Assembly (NCBI GenBank): GCA_050230475.1
Contig: JBFLGF010000188.1
Span: forward strand, 61,039 to 81,038
DNA: 20,000 bases
From: Ancylonema sp.
Lineage: Eukaryota
Direction: 5' to 3'
Shown: positions 15,601 to 20,000 of the stretch, one piece after another
Layout of the letters: the number at the start of each line of letters is the position of its first letter
How positions within the stretch are numbered: position 1 is the stretch's first letter
Notes under the pieces: generated by a model
Database searches by the model: none
The model's input: the letters and a program-made list of their open reading frames with translations, nothing else
What the model was told of the DNA's origin: nothing
Translations under genes and position numbers: made by a program

Positions 15601-17860
15601 CCCGTTATAACACCCAAAATGTGAATTATATATTAAAAAAACATACATCACAATAATTTTATTTCCCTTTTGGGTTTCTTATATCGGGGTGTATTGTAAA
15701 AGGAGAATGGACCAAAGAACAACTGATGAAAGAAGAGGAAGAAATAAAGAATCTGCGACCGGGTAGCATTATCTTGATTGCGATTTTTCTCATAACGATT
15801 TCTGTTCAATAATATTGTTACAATGCCAGCAATCTAATTTACGTAAAAGCCTGATCTTATAACCATATTAGGTCAAGATAATGATGCTCACCCTCAGCTT
15901 ATCTCTACAATACTCTGATCCATATTTTAACCTCATCTTTCCCTCACAATTTCCACAATCAGGCTCAGTTTGTTTTATCAATAGCTACTGGGTATCAAAA
16001 CAGATAGACACTACAGTCGGTCCCCTCTATGAGCACCACTCCACATAAGCATCTCTCTAAATGAGAAGCCCTCTACATAAGTAACCCTCTATATGAGCAC
16101 CCCTCCGCTTATGAATCCCTCTATATGGGAACCCCTCTACATAAGTAGCCCTCTATATGAGCACCACTCTATATAAGTAGCCCTCTATATGAGCACCCCT
16201 CTATAAGTAGCCTTCTATTTGAGCAACCCTCCATATGAGCATCCCTCTATATAACCACCCCTCTATGTAAGAATCCCTCTATATGAGCACCCCTCTATAT
16301 AAGCACCCCTCTGTAACGGCTGACCCTTCCAACAGTACGCAGATTAGAAGACCAAATTATAAAGACAGTGGTCCTTCTTTATAGAATATCTCTGTATAGG
16401 CACCAGAATATTGCCTACCCTTGTGAAAAGGGTCGACTAAACTCTTCCTTTTTTGGGTTACTGGGAGAGGTATTAAGTCTAGCAGATAGTTTGGGATGGA
16501 TAGTTGTGGCTCTCAAAAGAAATCAGTTTTTGGGTGTGATGTTATATGCGGATATGAATATTAAATTCTTGTCATCATTATTATTTGTGTTCTTATTATT
16601 ATTATAATTGATATTGTTAATAATACTTATTTTTATATTGATTGTGATTGTTATGATCATTATTATCATTCTCATCATCATCCTCGTTATCATTTGTGAT
16701 TATTATTATTATTGGTTGTATTACTAAAACCATTGATATTATTATTGCCAATGATACTTTTATGATTAGTATCCTTACTGCTATAGTATTATGGTAACTT
16801 GAATATCGGTAGAATTACTAATATAATAAGTAAGTTATTATTGCCATATCTATTATTATGAAACGTTTGTGCATGTCTGGAAAGAGTGCTCAAGAAGGCA
16901 CTCCTGTCATCACACATGATAAAACCTTAAATGATAGTATCTTCATTGTCATTATGCCAATTAATCGTTTCAATATTACTGTTGTTATCATGACATTTGG
17001 TTGAACTGAAAGAGGGCATTCCTTCACTTCAGGGCTTTGGGTTTAAGGTATTGGGGTTTCAGTTTGTTACATCCCTCCCCCCACCAAGTCTATACCTGCC
17101 CGTATGCTGGATTGAGAACAACCGCGTTGGCAACCACCCCTTGACCCCCGCCTGCAGGCATGGACACTGTTACGCGGTTATCGATACGGTTACAAGGTTA
17201 TCGAAACGGTTATCCGTCAGTGGTGATGTCACTCGTTCTCCTGGTGACGTACGCCACAGTACAGATATGAATACTGTGTAATGTGATTGTATAGAATGCG
17301 TGGGCTTATGTGAGGTAACCGGGATTGAGTCTACCGTCTGATTCTGTTCTGATCAGTTGATCAGACAGTTGGTTGGTTGGTTTATTGAGGGTGGACGGAG
17401 TCAACATTTCGTTTCCAAGACTCTCGGAGTTTTGCCAGAGAGTTTCGGGTTTATAGGATTACACGTGGCAATCAACTGTGTAGATATACGAGTGAAGTTC
17501 CTCTATAATGAAGTGCTCACATGTGACTGCGGCTGCAATGGCTAGTGGAAGCTTCCAGGAACTATCCCGAGATTCCTGTACGCCAGTTTCTTTTTGAACA
17601 GATGACGCACGTGCGGCCAGTGGGAAATCATGCGACTGGCGGAAAGAGCGCTGTCTGACGACGGGGTAGGTGGATTTGGAGAAGGTGGTGTGAATACGAG
17701 CAGCTGAGAGGAATGTAGGACTGGAAGTTGTCAGCCTAGGCCGCCTATGAACGGGGAGCGATAGTCTGGAAGATTGAGGTCTAGTATATGCTGCCACCTG
17801 GCATGACGAGCTGCATGCCATGTACTTTTGTGACACGTGAGAGGTTACCAAAGCAGCCAT
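12330..17860 (-). CDS. PYG7: PYG7 / Ycf37-like thylakoid TPR protein (photosystem I assembly factor), 5 exons, 319 aa: join(17860-17521,17151-17096,15223-15086,14284-14138,12608-12330)
   Basis: All four introns are GT-AG with compatible phases (340+56+138+147+279=960 nt); product has a Ser/Arg-rich transit peptide, one TM helix, [70 protein letters not shown], closely matching Arabidopsis PYG7 as I recall it. Confidence 0.93.
13163..13188. repeat. (AAAT)n microsatellite
   Basis: About 6 copies of AAAT in PYG7 intron 4. Confidence 0.9.
13610..13712. repeat. ~30-bp tandem repeat x3 (CCCTAAATTCAAAAAAACCCAAAAGCCAGT)
   Basis: Three near-identical ccctaaattcaaaaaa units at ~13625, ~13655 and ~13686. 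Confidence 0.85.
13742..13866. repeat. 18-bp minisatellite about x7 (TAGTATGAAACCCTAAAT) containing the telo-box AAACCCTA
   Basis: Direct reading of tandem units in PYG7 intron 4. Confidence 0.9.
13977..14134 (-). repeat. G-rich low-complexity tract (G-quadruplex potential) directly after the exon 4 donor
   Basis: ~160 nt of G-runs on the PYG7 sense strand, including a G24 homopolymer at 14111-14134. Confidence 0.9.
14138..14284 (-). CDS. PYG7: PYG7 exon 4 (TPR1)
   Basis: gac[57 protein letters not shown]. Confidence 0.93.
14594..14731. repeat. 20-bp minisatellite about x7 (ATCTCATTTCAAAACATATT)
   Basis: Tandem units in PYG7 intron 3. Confidence 0.9.
15086..15223 (-). CDS. PYG7: PYG7 exon 3 (TM helix)
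   Basis: ccc[54 protein letters not shown]. Confidence 0.92.
16014..16312 (+). repeat. 16-bp tandem array about x18 (CCCTCTATATGAGCAC) starting at a TA|CAGT pogo-like terminus
   Basis: TA|CAGTCGGTCCCCTCTAT.. followed by head-to-tail degenerate 16-mers with no spacers; in PYG7 intron 2. Confidence 0.85.
16575..16860. repeat. Degenerate (ATT/ATC)n AT-rich low-complexity region
   Basis: Runs of attattatt, atcatcatc and attgtt in PYG7 intron 2. Confidence 0.75.
17096..17151 (-). CDS. PYG7: PYG7 exon 2 (56 nt)
   Basis: ctgcAG acceptor and CAG|GTATAG donor; converts phase 1 to phase 0 exactly as required; (C)[18 protein letters not shown]. Confidence 0.7.
17521..17860 (-). CDS. PYG7: PYG7 exon 1 (chloroplast transit peptide)
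   Basis: [11 protein letters not shown]... Ser/Thr/Arg-rich and acid-poor; ends at donor GTGAG (17520-17516), phase 1. Confidence 0.78.
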
Positions 17861-17884
17861 TGAATGCCCAGAACTGTGGTATAT

Positions 17885-18230
17885 GCAATTTATATTTGGC
17901 GACTCCGGAACAGCTGCCTATCCAAGACGAAAATAGCTTCAAGTTTATATTTTTTATACGCGGGCGAGTTCTGTACGCAGAAGTGCACTTCGTATTGAAT
18001 TTCGCGTCTTTGTCAGGCTTCTGCTTCTGCTGTCCCGCAAAAGAAAGAGTCGGCGGGTTACACGTGCGAAGAGTGCCAAAAGATTTTGGCTCGCGTACGA
18101 GAACGCCTTCATTGGCAGTAAAACTTTATCGGGGAGTCAAAGCTACAGTCAACAACGACGGAAAGATTTGCAGCGCGGTAAACCCTCGATAGAACGTCAT
18201 TTGTTTTTAGGGGAAATGACGTCATATCGA
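17885..18230 (-). promoter_or_regulatory. Putative PYG7 promoter (TATA-like boxes, G-box, C-box)
   Basis: TATAAA-like at ~17889-17895 and ~17944-17958 (minus), CACGTG at 18061-18066, ATGACGTCAT palindrome at 18216-18225, all upstream of the ATG at 17860. Confidence 0.4.
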
Positions 18231-19914
18231 AGTGTCATCAGGAAGTACAAAACGAAATCAAGTGGTAGTTGTGTAGATTTAAATCTCATTGAATGGAGGG
18301 GCGTTATACTTGTACCATGTGTGTCGAAACTAATAAAATGTTAACATACCGTAGGTACGCTAGAATATCAGAGATATACACATCTGGCAGTGCCCGCGGG
18401 GGGTTATGCCCACACGCTTTAGGAAGCATTTACCGCATGTGTGGCGCGTACACAAAGTTTTCCGCAAAGTTATGTCAATCCATGTTGCATGCATTGCACA
18501 TAAAAACCTTCGCGCTGGAAATTAAGCTATAAAATTTAACACCAACCGATAAAGGTGCAACAAGTACCGTGAGGTCCGCGGTCCGAGTAACATGTTGCAT
18601 ATGAAACACATCAAAACATTTTGGGTGTTACGGATTTGTCCACATCATGCACAATGTTTGAAGTCCACCCAAATTAAAATCCACCCAAATAGTTATTAAG
18701 CTCCCGAATAGCGAACCTACAACCGCTAAGACCCAAATTTTTGACAAATAGGACCCTCCCTCGCTGAGTTATATTTGCCCGTAGGCGTAGACATCTTAAA
18801 ATGTATATCATACCTACCCCCTACCTCGTACCCGCTACCCCTACGTGCTAGGATTTCGAAGTCGCCATTAGCCCTACCGAGCACGTGGTTTCGACACGAA
18901 CGGATAAGGTCCTTCTAGGTCTTCTTTCCCTACCCCCTAAATGGAGCAAAAAAGTAACACAGTCTTGACTTGATACAAGGACTTTTCATATGACGAGTTT
19001 CTTGATATAATGTTGATTTTATTCGTGTTTGGTTTTCCCTCCAAACGTGGCATTGAACATAAGCTCGAACACGGTGTGAGGATTATAATCATAGGCTTTT
19101 TTAAAATGAAAATAATTGTTATGTCCATTTTTTTGGACGACACGTTCGTTTATTTTGATGTTTTTGTACTTTCTTTCCCTCGTCTCCCCCCTCTCCTTTT
19201 TTTGGGGAAAATAGATATATTAAAAGTCTACTCCAATACATTTATACAAGGAAAAACACACTACGTTACTAACGGGTACCAACGATTCTACGATGATAGA
19301 AATCATTCCATCATAAAACCCAAAGACAAACACAAAAATCCTAGACACGAGACGCGAGTTAGATAACTCGTTTTCGGAGCCGAAGCCGTGACATCAATGT
19401 TTGACGGGATTTGATACAAAATTACACATGGGTAATGAGGGGTGTGGCTTTGTTGGGTTCTCCCATGCTCATGCCACAAAGCCTTTGACGTCGTCAAATT
19501 ATATGGTTTGGTCATCATCGTTGTGAAATTCGTATTTTCCGATATTTTTGTGCCATGGCATGTTACTACACGGACGTGTGAAGGAATTGATGCATTCTGA
19601 AAGCCACCGGTATTCATACATACAACATGTGCCTTTCATAGAGGAGAGCAGAATTTACAAGAGTAGCTACATTAATAATAAAAAAGCATACAAAAACAAA
19701 GTATGCGATGTGATGCAACTTTATCGACAATTGGTTGCAAAAGAAGTTCTAATTTTGTTTTTCCACGTTGATGTAAGAGAGTTTGAGGCTTTGTGGGGCA
19801 TTTTCAAGTTCAAAATTTCATCCCTCATATTCCAATCACTGAAAAATTCCACTCTGCCAAGTGGCTATTCTGTAAAAACGTCTAGATTACCACTGTAAAT
19901 TAATGTCTTGTCTA

Positions 19915-20000
19915 CAGTAAACCCTTGATATAGTGACACTCGATATAGTGACAATCACGATATAGTGACATTTTTTATGCCCTTTTTCTAATCCTATATA
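19915..20000 (+). mobile_element. Left end of a pogo/Tigger-like MITE or transposon, continuing beyond the window
   Basis: TA|CAGTAAACCCTTGATATAGTGACA with three GATATAGTGACA subterminal repeats, similar in architecture to the 7506-8102 ends. Confidence 0.65.

Noticed and set aside
16023..16312. CRISPR array
   Set aside because: Units are 16 bp, head-to-tail and degenerate, with no unique spacers, no cas genes, and lie in a eukaryotic intron
19440..19640. Possible Ulp1-like or other transposon protein relic on the minus strand (YRWLSECINSF...)
   Set aside because: Only a weak few-residue resemblance, interrupted by stops, with no catalytic motifs visible

Overview
Eukaryotic nuclear DNA, most likely from a streptophyte alga or non-seed land plant (inferred from a plastid-targeted PYG7 gene, a plant-type tRNA-iMet primer site and chromovirus-type gypsy). 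1-4171: decayed Ty3/gypsy chromovirus (gag end, AAAAAAC -1 frameshift site, PR-RT-RH-IN-chromodomain, PPT, truncated 3' LTR). ~4172-6746 (minus): 5' half of a decayed Ty1/copia element whose PBS matches the anticodon arm of tRNA-iMet; it is interrupted by an inverted solo LTR of the gypsy family with a 5-bp TSD. 7506-8102: pogo/Tc1-mariner-like MITE. 8407-10323: single-ORF, 638-aa acidic disordered protein with three N-terminal FFAT-like motifs, three poly-Glu tracts and an amphipathic C-terminal tail; this is the best novelty candidate, a possible ER (VAP27)-organelle tether. 17860-12330 (minus): five-exon PYG7/Ycf37-like thylakoid TPR gene (319 aa) whose introns carry G-runs at 5' ends, C-runs at 3' ends, telo-box minisatellites and other tandem repeats. 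A further MITE end starts at 19915. All family assignments come from motif recognition by eye; no searches were run.
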